DNA from: Bacilli bacterium
Lineage (GTDB): Bacteria; Bacillota_I; Bacilli_A; RF39; UBA660
Reading direction: 5' to 3'
Assembly (NCBI GenBank): GCA_017528315.1
Contig: JAFXOW010000005.1
Coordinates: 1,986 to 65,985 of the forward strand
DNA length: 64,000 nucleotides
The notes beneath the pieces were generated by a model, which was not told the origin of the DNA, made no database searches, and saw only the letters and a program-made list of their open reading frames with translations. Shown here piece by piece: positions 41,701 to 51,674 of this stretch. Position numbers and translations under genes: made by a program. Position 1 is the stretch's first letter. Each line of letters opens with the position of its first letter.

Positions 41701-41960
41701 ATAATGGTCTATATAAAATAGAACTTCCTGTCAGTGATGGAAAAGATAAAACTAGAGCTTGGTTTAAAAAAGATATAGATATTAGTAATTTACCTCAAGG
41801 AAACTATACTATTTATATTAAAACAACATCTAATAATAAAACTTACTATGGTGAACTTGTTGATGTTGCTTATACTGATTTTTCGAAAATTAATACTTCC
41901 AAATACCAATTTAATAGAATAGATGAAAAACGTTTAAGGGTAGAATTAACTGTTAAATGA
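38715..41960 (+). CDS. Secreted GH73 endo-beta-N-acetylglucosaminidase (LytB-like autolysin) with SH3-like and Ig-like domains
   Basis: Signal peptide; LATNESALGQSRIAIDKNNLFGHAAYDS; YASDPVWGEK; VNVRTEP and WYKI (SH3b-like); A.DNEDGDIT...YQVTDS-like (DUF5011) segment. Confidence 0.8.
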   Translation: MKKYIIIINILFFLCILNTKALTYNEIKGRSECNNFEVAEAMSDKSLKHYECFDNYDYAKSYMNNNSNENLVILERSNNLTRIIDAKLALVYMDIGEELTYYYKNSNLTGYITYMNHQGTYGATDGVFLELNYSNHAIKMKTNGVVGWTRDGNYKIIPLNFVGTTSYYQVTNDELLHYYSKDIQTSYSSYGRAIDKKPNSLNTGKYYSYDGNYFYNNLRSLMIDYKNGNYNNSVNRDNPYYNYYMYLPHRGRSNYTADDIDAYLKNTKNLIGTIYGKQYVYRYSNMYGTGIFFKSSETLYGGNAILMMSLATNESALGQSRIAIDKNNLFGHAAYDSSAYSSATGYLNPYQSIIGHAKSYINCGYANPNDSRYYGSNMGNKSSGMNIMYASDPVWGEKAANYYYLFDKDNGYLDYNYYQLGITTVDSVNVRTEPNLTSSIPFNLKHERVPVIILGEVNGTSVNGSTKWYKIVSDANLTVDRTSIQSCSYTNYYNYNSYVYVHSSFIKKINTSSNGKYNDINTLNDKNIKYQEYSSGASYTPKIGKIKNDTYVYDTATMSVKTGSIAKTSTMVPVFMEASINGKVVAYLIETDFSKNQKGWIDASSLEFITKDLLKVNVTANGDYLNVFNTPGGSVLESIYDGTFAVILDKTTYNNELWLKINYNLNNGTAWINTNISSSKGSLEYTLNNIGNSKPEIIIEDLMMFKGGEINPLDHVRAIDNEDGDITNKVKITKNTINTDVIGEYEVTFQVTDSNNQTVTKTIKVYVLDFKEGEPLFYFESLKHISDTKFEVKGFLGVKGMDNTTMSHQLAFVNEDDENKVYLFDLDENSNPPFKMSSLDDDKSYNYQGGWFKGEIDLSKANIPEGNYYIAVFAYNYETGYYTVDYYTNIAYLDMPRRINASSRGISFDIDYGLPDSPMLVTIRNNGLLSYETPTSFDPTYNFFNELKITNNTLSITGTSHSAYVSYSKTDDVKREIVFENITTYERFNYTLSYIDNGLYKIELPVSDGKDKTRAWFKKDIDISNLPQGNYTIYIKTTSNNKTYYGELVDVAYTDFSKINTSKYQFNRIDEKRLRVELTVK

Positions 41961-42122
41961 GAATCTTAAATTGAAGCTGTACTAGTAATAAATATTAATA
42001 AGAGAAACTGATAAATATTAATTTTTATCAGTTTTTAAGTATTTTATTTGACATATTATAAACTTGTGTTATAATTTCAGATGTGGAATTATTATATATA
42101 AATGAAATAGAAGGAGAAGATT

Positions 42123-44561
42123 ATGTTAGAAATAAAAAATATAACTAAAATATATAAAACTAACGATTTAGAACAAATTGCTTTAAATAAAGTTAGTATT
42201 AATTTTCGAAAATGTGAATTTGTAAGTATTTTAGGCCCTAGTGGAAGTGGTAAGACAACTCTTTTAAATATTATTGGAGGACTAGACCATTATGATTCTG
42301 GGGATTTAATTATTAATGATATAAGTACAAAAGAATATAAAGATCGTGACTGGGATAGTTACAGAAATCATCGAATTGGTTTTGTTTTCCAAAGTTATAA
42401 TTTAATTGGACATCAAAGTGTTTTAAAAAATGTCGAACTTGCTTTAACTTTATCTGGTGTTTCGAAAAAGGAAAGAGTTCAAAAAGCTAAAAAGGCACTT
42501 GAAGTTGTTGGACTTAAGGAACATATGAATAAAAAACCTAATCAATTATCAGGTGGACAAATGCAAAGAGTAGCTATTGCTCGTGCTTTAGTAAATAATC
42601 CAGATATCTTACTTGCTGATGAACCAACAGGAGCTTTAGATAGTGAAACAAGTAAACAAATCATGGAACTATTAAAAAAAGTTGCAGATGAAAAATTAGT
42701 CATCATGGTAACTCATAATCCTGAATTAGCAATGGAATATTCTACCAGAATTGTTAAACTTAAAGATGGAAAGATAACAGATGACTCTAATCCTTATAAT
42801 GGACAAGAAGATACTAAAGATAATAAAGAAAATAAGAAAGCAAAAACTAAAAAAACATCGATGGGATTGTTGACGGCTTTAAGTTTATCTTTAAATAATT
42901 TAATGACTAAAAAAGGAAGAACTATATTAACAGCCTTTGCTGGTTCAATTGGAATAATAGGAATTGCTTTAATACTATCACTTTCTAATGGAGTCCAACA
43001 ATATATAAATAAAATGGAAAAAGAAACGTTAGCAAGTTATCCTTTATCAATAGAATCAAGTGCTATGGATTTAACTAACATGATGACTAATAGAGTAAGC
43101 GAAAATAAAGAAGAGGTTAAATGTAACAATGATTCAATATGTACTACTGATGATATTACTAGTAGTTTTGAACTTACATATGAAAGTTCTTTAGTAAAAA
43201 ATAATTTACAAGAATTTAAGAAAGCTTTAAATAATAATTATCAAGATATAAATAAATATGTAACAGATATTGGTTATTCTTATAACTTAGATTTACAAAT
43301 TTATAGTAAAAATAATATTCAAGTTAATCCAAGTACCTTTAAGATAGTTGAAAAAGATTCTACTGTAGAAAGTGGTTTTTCAATTACTAAAAGTGATTCT
43401 AGTGTATTTAAAGAACTAATTAATAATAATTCTTTACTTGAAGGTCAATATGATGTTTTAGCTGGTCATATACCAGAAAAATATAATGAATTAGTATTAA
43501 TTGTCGATAAAAATAATTCTATTCCAGCCAGTTTAATGTATACTTTAGATATAGAAGATAGAAATGAAGCAAAAGAAATAGTTAATAAATCTCTTAAAGA
43601 TAAAGATGCTAAATTAGAAAGTATAAATTATTTATATAATGATATAGTAGGAAATAAATTTAAATTATTACTAAATACTGATTATTATCAAAAGATTAAT
43701 GATATTTGGAAAGATAATCATAATGATGAAGCATTTTTAAAAGCCAAATTAGAAAATTGTGAAGAACTTGAAATAGTTGGAATTTTACGAATAAGTGATG
43801 ATGCCGTTGAGGCTGAAAGTGGTTTTATTGGTTATACTCATTCTTTAATGGAATATGTTATTAATAAAATAAGTGATACTGATATTGCTAAAGAACAATT
43901 AGCAAATGATACAAATGATATTATAACTAATATGCCTTTTAGTGATATGTATACTAAGGAAATGGCTTTAGAAAAATTAGGAGTATTCAATATAGATAAT
44001 CCAAGTACTATTTCAATATATCCAAAAGACTATGATGCCAAAGAAGAAATAATTAAAATAATAGGTTTATATAATAAAAATAATAGTGCTGAGAATAAAA
44101 TTACTTATGTTGATTATGTAGGAACACTTATGTCAGGAATTACAACTATTATAGATATTATAACGTATGTGCTTATTGCTTTTGTGGCTATTTCTTTAGT
44201 TGTATCAAGTATTATGATATCAATTATTACTTATATAAGTGTCTTAGAGCGCACTAAAGAAATAGGTATTTTAAGAGCAATTGGTGCAAGTAAAAAAGAT
44301 GTAACGAGAGTCTTTAATGCCGAAACAATAATTGAAGGATTTATTGCTGGAGTATTTGGAGTATTGGCAACTGTTCTTTTATGTTTACCAATTAATATAA
44401 TTGTAAATAGTTTAACTAATGTCAATAATATTGCTAAACTTCCAATTATGGGAGGAGTAAGTTTAATTATGATAAGTGTCTTTTTAACTTTAATAGCAGG
44501 TCTTATTCCATCACGAATTGCTAGTAAAAAAGATCCAGTAGAAGCATTAAGAACAGAATAA
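42123..44561 (+). CDS. MacB-like ABC transporter, ATPase-FtsX permease fusion
   Basis: GPSGSGKT, LSGGQMQRVAIARAL, ADEPTGALD, SVLERTKEIGILRAIGA. Confidence 0.9.
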   Translation: MLEIKNITKIYKTNDLEQIALNKVSINFRKCEFVSILGPSGSGKTTLLNIIGGLDHYDSGDLIINDISTKEYKDRDWDSYRNHRIGFVFQSYNLIGHQSVLKNVELALTLSGVSKKERVQKAKKALEVVGLKEHMNKKPNQLSGGQMQRVAIARALVNNPDILLADEPTGALDSETSKQIMELLKKVADEKLVIMVTHNPELAMEYSTRIVKLKDGKITDDSNPYNGQEDTKDNKENKKAKTKKTSMGLLTALSLSLNNLMTKKGRTILTAFAGSIGIIGIALILSLSNGVQQYINKMEKETLASYPLSIESSAMDLTNMMTNRVSENKEEVKCNNDSICTTDDITSSFELTYESSLVKNNLQEFKKALNNNYQDINKYVTDIGYSYNLDLQIYSKNNIQVNPSTFKIVEKDSTVESGFSITKSDSSVFKELINNNSLLEGQYDVLAGHIPEKYNELVLIVDKNNSIPASLMYTLDIEDRNEAKEIVNKSLKDKDAKLESINYLYNDIVGNKFKLLLNTDYYQKINDIWKDNHNDEAFLKAKLENCEELEIVGILRISDDAVEAESGFIGYTHSLMEYVINKISDTDIAKEQLANDTNDIITNMPFSDMYTKEMALEKLGVFNIDNPSTISIYPKDYDAKEEIIKIIGLYNKNNSAENKITYVDYVGTLMSGITTIIDIITYVLIAFVAISLVVSSIMISIITYISVLERTKEIGILRAIGASKKDVTRVFNAETIIEGFIAGVFGVLATVLLCLPINIIVNSLTNVNNIAKLPIMGGVSLIMISVFLTLIAGLIPSRIASKKDPVEALRTE

Positions 44562-44586
44562 ATTTATATAATTTAAGTTAAAGAAT

Positions 44587-44610
44587 AGGTCAAGAAATTG
44601 ACCTTTTTTT
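44587..44610 (+). terminator. Intrinsic terminator
   Basis: AGGTCAA-GAAA-TTGACCT followed by a T run. Confidence 0.78.
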
Positions 44611-44685
44611 TAAAATATATAAATTCAGACAATATTCTACATTATTCGACAAAAAAATATGCAATAATACACTTGAGGTGATTAA

Positions 44686-45924
44686 ATGAATATTATAATT
44701 GACTTAATAATAATTGTCTTTCCAATATCTTTATATCTTTTAAATATAGCTTATAACAATAATTATAAAAAAATATTGGATAAATATACTTTATCAATAA
44801 TTTTAATTTTTGAAACATTAATATTTATAATTTTCAGAGAAAGTCTTTCATCTTTAATACTAATTAATGTTCCACTTTTAATATCTTATTTAAAAAGATA
44901 TGAAGTAACAAGTATACTATTATCTATAATATTACTTTTATACTATACATTATTTTTTAAATATAATATATATTTTATCTTTTTAGAATATGTTTTATAT
45001 TTTGTAATCTATCTAATATTTAATAAAAAAGTCTTAAAAAAAGAATTATTATTATATATTTTTATCTTTATAAAAAGTATTATTTTATCAATAGAAATAT
45101 TTTATTTTAATATAAACAATAATTCATTTATTATAAATTTATTAAATATTACTTTTAAAATGTTATTATTTTATATATGTAGTTATTTTATTATTGTTTT
45201 TTTAGAAAGAGGAGAAGAAATAATGAATTTAAATACAGCAATAAAAGAATTAGAAAAAGAAAAAGTTTTGAGAACATCACTTTTTAAAATGACTCATGAA
45301 ATTAAAAATCCAATTGCTGTTTGTAAAGGATATTTAGATATGTTAGATATAAATGATAAAAGTAAATTAAATAAATATATTCCTATTATTAAAAGTGAAG
45401 TAGATAGGACTTTAACACTAATGGATGATTATTTAGAATATACTAAAATTAAGATTAATAAAGATATTACGGATATTTATATGTTACTTGATGAAGTAAT
45501 TAAATCATTAAAATTATATTTCAAAGAAAATAATATTACTTTAGAAAATAATATTCCAGATGATGAATTATATTTAAATATAGATTATAACAGGATTAAA
45601 CAAGTAATAGTTAATTTACTTAAAAATGCAAGTGAAGCTAGAGATGTTAGAAAAAGTGAAATGAAGATTAAAATAAGTACTAAAGTTTTAAAAAATAAAT
45701 TTTTAATTATCATAGAAGATAATGGAATAGGAATGGATAATGATACTTTAAATAATGTTACCAATTTATTTTTTACAACGAAAAGAAATGGAACAGGACT
45801 TGGTACTAGTTTATCAAAAGAAATTATAGAACTTCATGCTGGATCTTTAAAATATGATTCCCAATTAAATATTGGAACAAAAGTAATAATTACGTTACCT
45901 ATTGATAAAAATTTAAATAGTTGA
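44686..45924 (+). CDS. Orphan membrane sensor histidine kinase, KinB-like
   Basis: About 6 N-terminal TM segments starting IIIVFPISLY; H-box THEIKNP; N-box QVIVNLLKNA; DNGIGM; GTGLG. No adjacent response regulator. Confidence 0.8.
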   Translation: MNIIIDLIIIVFPISLYLLNIAYNNNYKKILDKYTLSIILIFETLIFIIFRESLSSLILINVPLLISYLKRYEVTSILLSIILLLYYTLFFKYNIYFIFLEYVLYFVIYLIFNKKVLKKELLLYIFIFIKSIILSIEIFYFNINNNSFIINLLNITFKMLLFYICSYFIIVFLERGEEIMNLNTAIKELEKEKVLRTSLFKMTHEIKNPIAVCKGYLDMLDINDKSKLNKYIPIIKSEVDRTLTLMDDYLEYTKIKINKDITDIYMLLDEVIKSLKLYFKENNITLENNIPDDELYLNIDYNRIKQVIVNLLKNASEARDVRKSEMKIKISTKVLKNKFLIIIEDNGIGMDNDTLNNVTNLFFTTKRNGTGLGTSLSKEIIELHAGSLKYDSQLNIGTKVIITLPIDKNLNS

Positions 45925-45962
45925 TTACTAATAAATATTTATTAGTAATTTTTCTTTTTCTC

Positions 45963-46012
45963 TTGACATATTAATTTATTGATTGTATTATTGTATTAAG
46001 CAAGTGATACAA
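45963..46012 (+). promoter_or_regulatory. sigmaA promoter with a probable YtrA-type operator
   Basis: TTGACA-17-TATTAT; inverted repeat TTGTAT(45991-45996)..ATACAA(46007-46012). Confidence 0.55.
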
Positions 46013-46027
46013 TGGAGATGATTTAAT

Positions 46028-46405
46028 ATGGAATTTAAGTTTGATAATGAAAAGCCAATCTTTATTCAAGTTAAAGAAAAGTTAAGACTATATATTCTTT
46101 CAGGATACTTAAAAGTTGGAGAAAAACTTCCGTCAGTAAGAGAGCTAGCACTTATTTCGAAAGTAAATCCTAATACTATTCAAAAAGCCTTAGGAGAACT
46201 CGAACTAGAAAAATTAATTTATACTGAAAGAACTAATGGTAAATTTGTTACTACTAATAAAATATTAATTGAAAATATTAGACAAGAATTTGTTAAAAAT
46301 ATAGTAGATAATTATTTTAATAGTATGAAAGAAATTGGTATAGATAAAAAATCATCAATTAAATACTTGCAAGAGAGGAGTAATAAAAATGATATTAGAA
46401 GTTAA
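46028..46405 (+). CDS. GntR family (YtrA subfamily) regulator
   Basis: KPIFIQ, KLPSVRELA..KVNPNTIQKA..ELE; 125 aa; heads an ABC operon. Confidence 0.9.
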   Translation: MEFKFDNEKPIFIQVKEKLRLYILSGYLKVGEKLPSVRELALISKVNPNTIQKALGELELEKLIYTERTNGKFVTTNKILIENIRQEFVKNIVDNYFNSMKEIGIDKKSSIKYLQERSNKNDIRS

Positions 46406-47081
46406 GAATTTATGTAAAAGTATTGATAATAAAAAAATACTTGATAATGTTACAATTAATATTCCTGAAGGAAAAATAGTTGGTTTACTTGGAAAAAATG
46501 GAGCCGGAAAAAGTACTTTAATTAAACTAATAAATGATTTATTGACAGTTGATTCGGGAGAAATTTTATTTAAAGGTAAAAGTATAGGAGTATACTCTAA
46601 GAGTCATATATCATATCTTCCTGAAAGAACTTATTTAGATCGTGGTATGAAAATAAAAGATGTATTTAAATATTTTGAAGATTTTTATCAAGACTTTAAT
46701 TTAGAAAAAGCTAATAAATTACTTAAAGATTTAGATTTAGATAAAGATATGATTATTAAAAATATGTCTAAAGGAATGAGAGAAAAATTACAACTAGTAT
46801 TAGTAATGTCAAGAGATGCTGACCTTTATATTTTAGATGAACCATTAGGAGGAGTAGATCCTGCAACCAGGGATTATATATTAGATACTATTCTTTCTAA
46901 TTTTAAAGAAGGAGCTAGTATTCTTATTTCAACTCATTTAATAAGTGATATTGAAAGAATACTAGATGAAGTAGTATTTATTGATAAAGGAAAAATTATA
47001 TTAGAAAGTAATGCTGACTCTTTAAGAGAAAAAGAGAAATGTTCTATTGATGACGTGTTTAGGAGGCTGTTTAAATGTTAA
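46389..47081 (+). CDS. ABC transporter ATP-binding protein (YtrB-like)
   Basis: GKNGAGKST, MSKGM, LDEPLGGVD. Confidence 0.9.
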   Translation: MILEVKNLCKSIDNKKILDNVTINIPEGKIVGLLGKNGAGKSTLIKLINDLLTVDSGEILFKGKSIGVYSKSHISYLPERTYLDRGMKIKDVFKYFEDFYQDFNLEKANKLLKDLDLDKDMIIKNMSKGMREKLQLVLVMSRDADLYILDEPLGGVDPATRDYILDTILSNFKEGASILISTHLISDIERILDEVVFIDKGKIILESNADSLREKEKCSIDDVFRRLFKC

Positions 47082-47842
47082 AGAAATTAATAAAATATGA
47101 TTTAATATGGATTAATAAATTTATGCTTATTTATTATTCTATAACTTTAATTGTATGTCTATTTACAAGGTTTTTAAGTTTAATAGATAATAATGCTTTT
47201 ATTCATATTATTTATTTAATTATGCGTGGTGTATCAATTTCAGCTTATGTTTCATGTATTATAAATTCGGTTATTCGTATTTGGGTAAGATTTAGAAATA
47301 ATACTTATAAAGATGAATCTTATTTAACAAATACTTTACCTGCCCCCAAAACAACTTTATTTAATTCGAAAATGTTATCAGGTCTTATTTCAATTATAAT
47401 TGCTTTATTTGTTGTAATAATAGGATTTATAATTGCTTTCTTAAATCAAGATTTAATAGATTATATAAAATTAATCTTCAGTAATAATTTATTTATATTT
47501 GTAAGTATCATAATAACAGCTTGTTTAGAAATAATTTATATGTTAGGATGTGGTGTCTTAGGAATCTTAATTGGACATAGGAGTAATAATAATCGTGTTT
47601 TAAAATCAGTTATTTTAGGAATAATTTTATATTTTACAATTCAAACAATTATTATGTTAATTATTTATCTAATGGGTCAATTTGATAATAGTCTAAATGT
47701 TTTATTTAATAATTCTCAAATAGAAGATGTAGATAACATAAAAAAATTGATTATTATATCTGATTTTATATATATTGTATTTATTTCCGTAATATATCTA
47801 ATAGGAAGAAAAATATTTTTAAAAGGAATAAATGTTGAATAA
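47075..47842 (+). CDS. ABC-2-type permease
   Basis: 6 TM segments; YLTNTLP motif; overlaps the ATPase gene. Confidence 0.75.
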   Translation: MLKKLIKYDLIWINKFMLIYYSITLIVCLFTRFLSLIDNNAFIHIIYLIMRGVSISAYVSCIINSVIRIWVRFRNNTYKDESYLTNTLPAPKTTLFNSKMLSGLISIIIALFVVIIGFIIAFLNQDLIDYIKLIFSNNLFIFVSIIITACLEIIYMLGCGVLGILIGHRSNNNRVLKSVILGIILYFTIQTIIMLIIYLMGQFDNSLNVLFNNSQIEDVDNIKKLIIISDFIYIVFISVIYLIGRKIFLKGINVE

Positions 47843-47995
47843 AGAAATTAAGTAGAAATATTTAATTTTTTTTTTATAGTTTAAAATTTATAAGCAAGTA
47901 ATAATTTGTAAAAAGATGTCAAATTATTAAGTAGGTACTTGAATACTAATATTTATATATATATAATTAAATTGATAATAAAAGGAGGAGTAAAA

Positions 47996-49966
47996 ATGTC
48001 AAATAAAAAATTAATAATTTTTATAATAGCAACATTGTTATTAGTGGCAATAACCATAGGAGTAACCTATGCATTCTTTAGTTATACAAGAACTGGAAGT
48101 GCAAATACGATATCAGCCGGAAGAATTGTTTTTAATTCAGAACAAACAGATACAATATCATTAACAAATGCTTTTCCAATAACAAGAACTATGGCAGCAA
48201 CAGATACAACAAATACTGATGATGTAGTAATAACGATAAGTGGAGATACAACCTATGAAGGAGGAGTAGAATACTTAGTAACAGCAGTCGATGTAAGTAA
48301 TACAATCGGAAGTGGAGTAAATGAAAAAACAATACCAATAAGTGTAATAGCAACAGCAAGTAATATAGGAACTGCTGATGAAGAATATTTTGAACATCGT
48401 GGAACAAGTGCAAATAGTTCAATTTATAAAGTATTAGCTAATTCAACAATTGCTAATAACGACCAATTGTTAGTCGGATATATAAAGAGTGGAGTAACTG
48501 GAATAAATGGAAGTTTAACAATAAGAGCTTATCTAGATAGTGATTCAATAGCTATAAGTGATACCTATAATGGAACAAATACTCCAACAGATAGTATGGG
48601 AACAACTTCTGAATGGGTAAATGGAAGAACAGTATTAACAACAACTGAATGGAATAGCTTAAGAACAAATGGAGTATCATTTAAAGTAAAAGTAGAAGCA
48701 CAAGAAGGTACTTGGGTTGAGGAAGTGTTATCGGTTAATGTAATGAATAATTTTCCAGAAGAAATATTTGGTAGGGGATGGGATAGACCTGAAATAGTTA
48801 AGAATAACATTAAAGAAGTATACTTTAATAAAATGGGAGCAACTGCAATGCAAAATGCCTATGATGCAGCAACAATTAAAGCCGATTTAACATATAATAA
48901 TGAAGGAAAAGTATTAGCATGGTTAGAGGAAAATACAGATGATAACACAAAATACAATTTGATAATAGCAAGTGATGGAGAAACATATTTAACAACAGGG
49001 GAATATTTGTTTACTAATTTTAAAGGACTAGATAAAATAGAATTTAATAATGTCAATACAGATAGGGTAACGTCTATGTATGATATGTTTGCTAACTGTG
49101 AAAATTTAGAATATATTGATTTGTCAAATTTAGGTGGGAATAATTTGGTTACAACTAATTACATGTTTGGAAGTTGTTCAAAATTAAAAACAATAATTAT
49201 GGAAAATTTTAATTTCGGACAAGTTAATTTTAAAAATAATAATAATAATCAATATGCTTTTAATGGTCTTCAAGCATTAGAAACCGTCAATTTGACTAAT
49301 GCAGATTTTAGTAATGTAACAAGTGTATATGGATTGTTTGGAAATTGTACCAGTCTTACAACAGTAATTTTAGATGGTGCTGATACAAGTGGAATTATAG
49401 ATATGGAGTATATGTTTCAAAATTGTAGTAGTTTACAAAGTATAAATCTATCTGGATTAGGTGGCAATAATTTATCAGTAGTAAATAATTTATTTTATGG
49501 TTGTAATAATTTAACATCAATAGATATGTCTAATTTTAATTTTGGTATAGTTAATTTTAATAATAATTATTATAAAGCTTTTGCATATTTATCTAGTGTA
49601 GAAACGATAGATTTAACTAATGCTGATTTTAGAAATGTGACTAGCATGTATCAATTGTTTCGAAGCTGTACAAATCTTAAAATACTAATTCTAGATGGAA
49701 TAGATACAAGTAGTGTAACTAACATGACTTCAATGTTTCATGGTGATGCTTCTTTGGAAAAAATATATGTATCTAATTCATGGAATATTAACAATGTATC
49801 TAGTAGTGATAACATGTTTAATGGCTGCTCTTCTTTAGCAGGCCAAGCACCTAATACAACATATAGTTTTACAGATTATAGTACAGCAGATAAAACATAT
49901 GCTGTAATTGCTACTGATTCAACAGTTGGATATTTAACAGATATATCATTAAAACCCGCTAGTTAA
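47996..49966 (+). CDS. Surface protein with a SipW-type signal peptide and BspA/DUF285-like leucine-rich repeats
   Basis: GVTYAFFS after the hydrophobic core; repeated (V)TSMY.MF..C..L...DLS motifs. ATG at 47996 after AGGAGG. Confidence 0.78.
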   Translation: MSNKKLIIFIIATLLLVAITIGVTYAFFSYTRTGSANTISAGRIVFNSEQTDTISLTNAFPITRTMAATDTTNTDDVVITISGDTTYEGGVEYLVTAVDVSNTIGSGVNEKTIPISVIATASNIGTADEEYFEHRGTSANSSIYKVLANSTIANNDQLLVGYIKSGVTGINGSLTIRAYLDSDSIAISDTYNGTNTPTDSMGTTSEWVNGRTVLTTTEWNSLRTNGVSFKVKVEAQEGTWVEEVLSVNVMNNFPEEIFGRGWDRPEIVKNNIKEVYFNKMGATAMQNAYDAATIKADLTYNNEGKVLAWLEENTDDNTKYNLIIASDGETYLTTGEYLFTNFKGLDKIEFNNVNTDRVTSMYDMFANCENLEYIDLSNLGGNNLVTTNYMFGSCSKLKTIIMENFNFGQVNFKNNNNNQYAFNGLQALETVNLTNADFSNVTSVYGLFGNCTSLTTVILDGADTSGIIDMEYMFQNCSSLQSINLSGLGGNNLSVVNNLFYGCNNLTSIDMSNFNFGIVNFNNNYYKAFAYLSSVETIDLTNADFRNVTSMYQLFRSCTNLKILILDGIDTSSVTNMTSMFHGDASLEKIYVSNSWNINNVSSSDNMFNGCSSLAGQAPNTTYSFTDYSTADKTYAVIATDSTVGYLTDISLKPAS

Positions 49967-50088
49967 AAAATTGTTTTGATGAATTATATATAAATTATAA
50001 TAAATAAGAGAATTATATTAATAATTTTCTTTTTTTATGATATAATTTGTTTAGATATAAAATAATATTATATAAGAGGTATGTAGTA

Positions 50089-51621
50089 ATGAATTATAAG
50101 AAGATTAAAAGGGAAGCTTTTAAAAATGTTAAACATAATTATTTTAAAAGTGTTATAGTAGTTTTTATTTGTACAATTCTTTTAGCAGGAGGTATTAATT
50201 TATCTAGTAAGAATATTTTAAATATAGATTTAAAAAATGTTAAAAATATAGAAATATTAAATAATTCTTATAAATCTAATAGTGAAATATTAGATGAATT
50301 AGTAGAAAAAATACAAGATGAAAATATACGTGATGAAAATGTTGCTCGAAGAGTTACTCATGGTATTATATCAGTTGTAGTAAATGAAGTAACTACTACT
50401 AAATCATTTATGTTTAATATTATCAATAGTATTAATAAATTTTTAGGCGGACATGTATCTGTTGGTATTATAATTATTATTTCTAATATTTGTTTATTAT
50501 TTTTCAGAATTATTTTTGTATCGGTTATAGAAGTTGGAAGAAATCGTTTTTTCTTAGAAAGTAGAAGATATTTAAAAACTAATATAGATAGATTCTTATA
50601 TCCTTATAAAAAGAAAAAAACATTACATATAGCCAAAATATTATTTATTAAAAACTTATATTTATTTCTTTGGAGTTTTACAATAATTGGATTCTTTATT
50701 AAATATTATGAATATGCACTTATTCCTTATATTTTAGCTGAGAATCCTAATATTTCAAGGAAAGACGCTTTTAAATTATCTAAAGAATTAATGGATAAGG
50801 AAAAATTTAATTTATTTAAATTAGATTTACTATTATTAGTATATAAAATACCGGGAATATTTACGTTTAATTTAACTAATATATTCTTTGCTGATATTTA
50901 TGCTGGAACATTATATTCCGAATTTTATATGAATGTTAAAGAAGATAAGAAAAATATAGAAAATATTGATTTAATAAATGATGAATTATTAAATATTAAA
51001 GATATTAAAAATGAATCTTATCCTGATAATAATATAAAAAAACATTCTATTTTAAATATAAATTATTTACAAGAGTATGATTTAAATACTTATATCTTAT
51101 TTTTCTTTGCTTTTAGTATAGCAGGATGGCTTTGGGAAGTAATGCTTCATTTATTAATGTATGGTCGATTTGTTAATCGTGGTACTCTTCATGGACCGTG
51201 GATTCAAATATATGGTTTTGGTGGTATAGCTATTCTTTATTTACTGAGAAGATTTAGAAAAAGTCCAACTAATATGTTTTTATCGTCATTTATTCTCTGT
51301 GGTATTATAGAATACTCAACAGCTTGGTATTTAGAAACTTTTAAGCATTTAAAGTATTGGGATTATAGTGGTTATTTTCTAAATTTACATGGAAGAATAT
51401 GTTTGGAAGGATTAATTATATTTGGACTCGGAGGATGTGCTTTTACTTATATTTTAGCTCCAATTCTAGCTAATTTATTTAATAGATTAAGAACCCATAT
51501 AAAAAATGTTTTAGTTGCTATATTAATATTTATATTTAGTATAGATATGCTTTATTCAACTTTTATAAAACCAAATACGGGTAAGGGAATTAGTAGTCAA
51601 GTTATGGAAATAGATAAATAG
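50089..51621 (+). CDS. DUF975-like plus DUF1361/CmpB-like membrane fusion protein
   Basis: YALIPYILAENP in the N-terminal half; GWLWEV...RGTLHGPW...WDYS..LNLHGRICL in the C-terminal half. Confidence 0.7.
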   Translation: MNYKKIKREAFKNVKHNYFKSVIVVFICTILLAGGINLSSKNILNIDLKNVKNIEILNNSYKSNSEILDELVEKIQDENIRDENVARRVTHGIISVVVNEVTTTKSFMFNIINSINKFLGGHVSVGIIIIISNICLLFFRIIFVSVIEVGRNRFFLESRRYLKTNIDRFLYPYKKKKTLHIAKILFIKNLYLFLWSFTIIGFFIKYYEYALIPYILAENPNISRKDAFKLSKELMDKEKFNLFKLDLLLLVYKIPGIFTFNLTNIFFADIYAGTLYSEFYMNVKEDKKNIENIDLINDELLNIKDIKNESYPDNNIKKHSILNINYLQEYDLNTYILFFFAFSIAGWLWEVMLHLLMYGRFVNRGTLHGPWIQIYGFGGIAILYLLRRFRKSPTNMFLSSFILCGIIEYSTAWYLETFKHLKYWDYSGYFLNLHGRICLEGLIIFGLGGCAFTYILAPILANLFNRLRTHIKNVLVAILIFIFSIDMLYSTFIKPNTGKGISSQVMEIDK

Positions 51622-51674
51622 AAGAGCAATCTTCTATTTTTATATGATATAATATTTTAAGAAAGGAGAATTTT

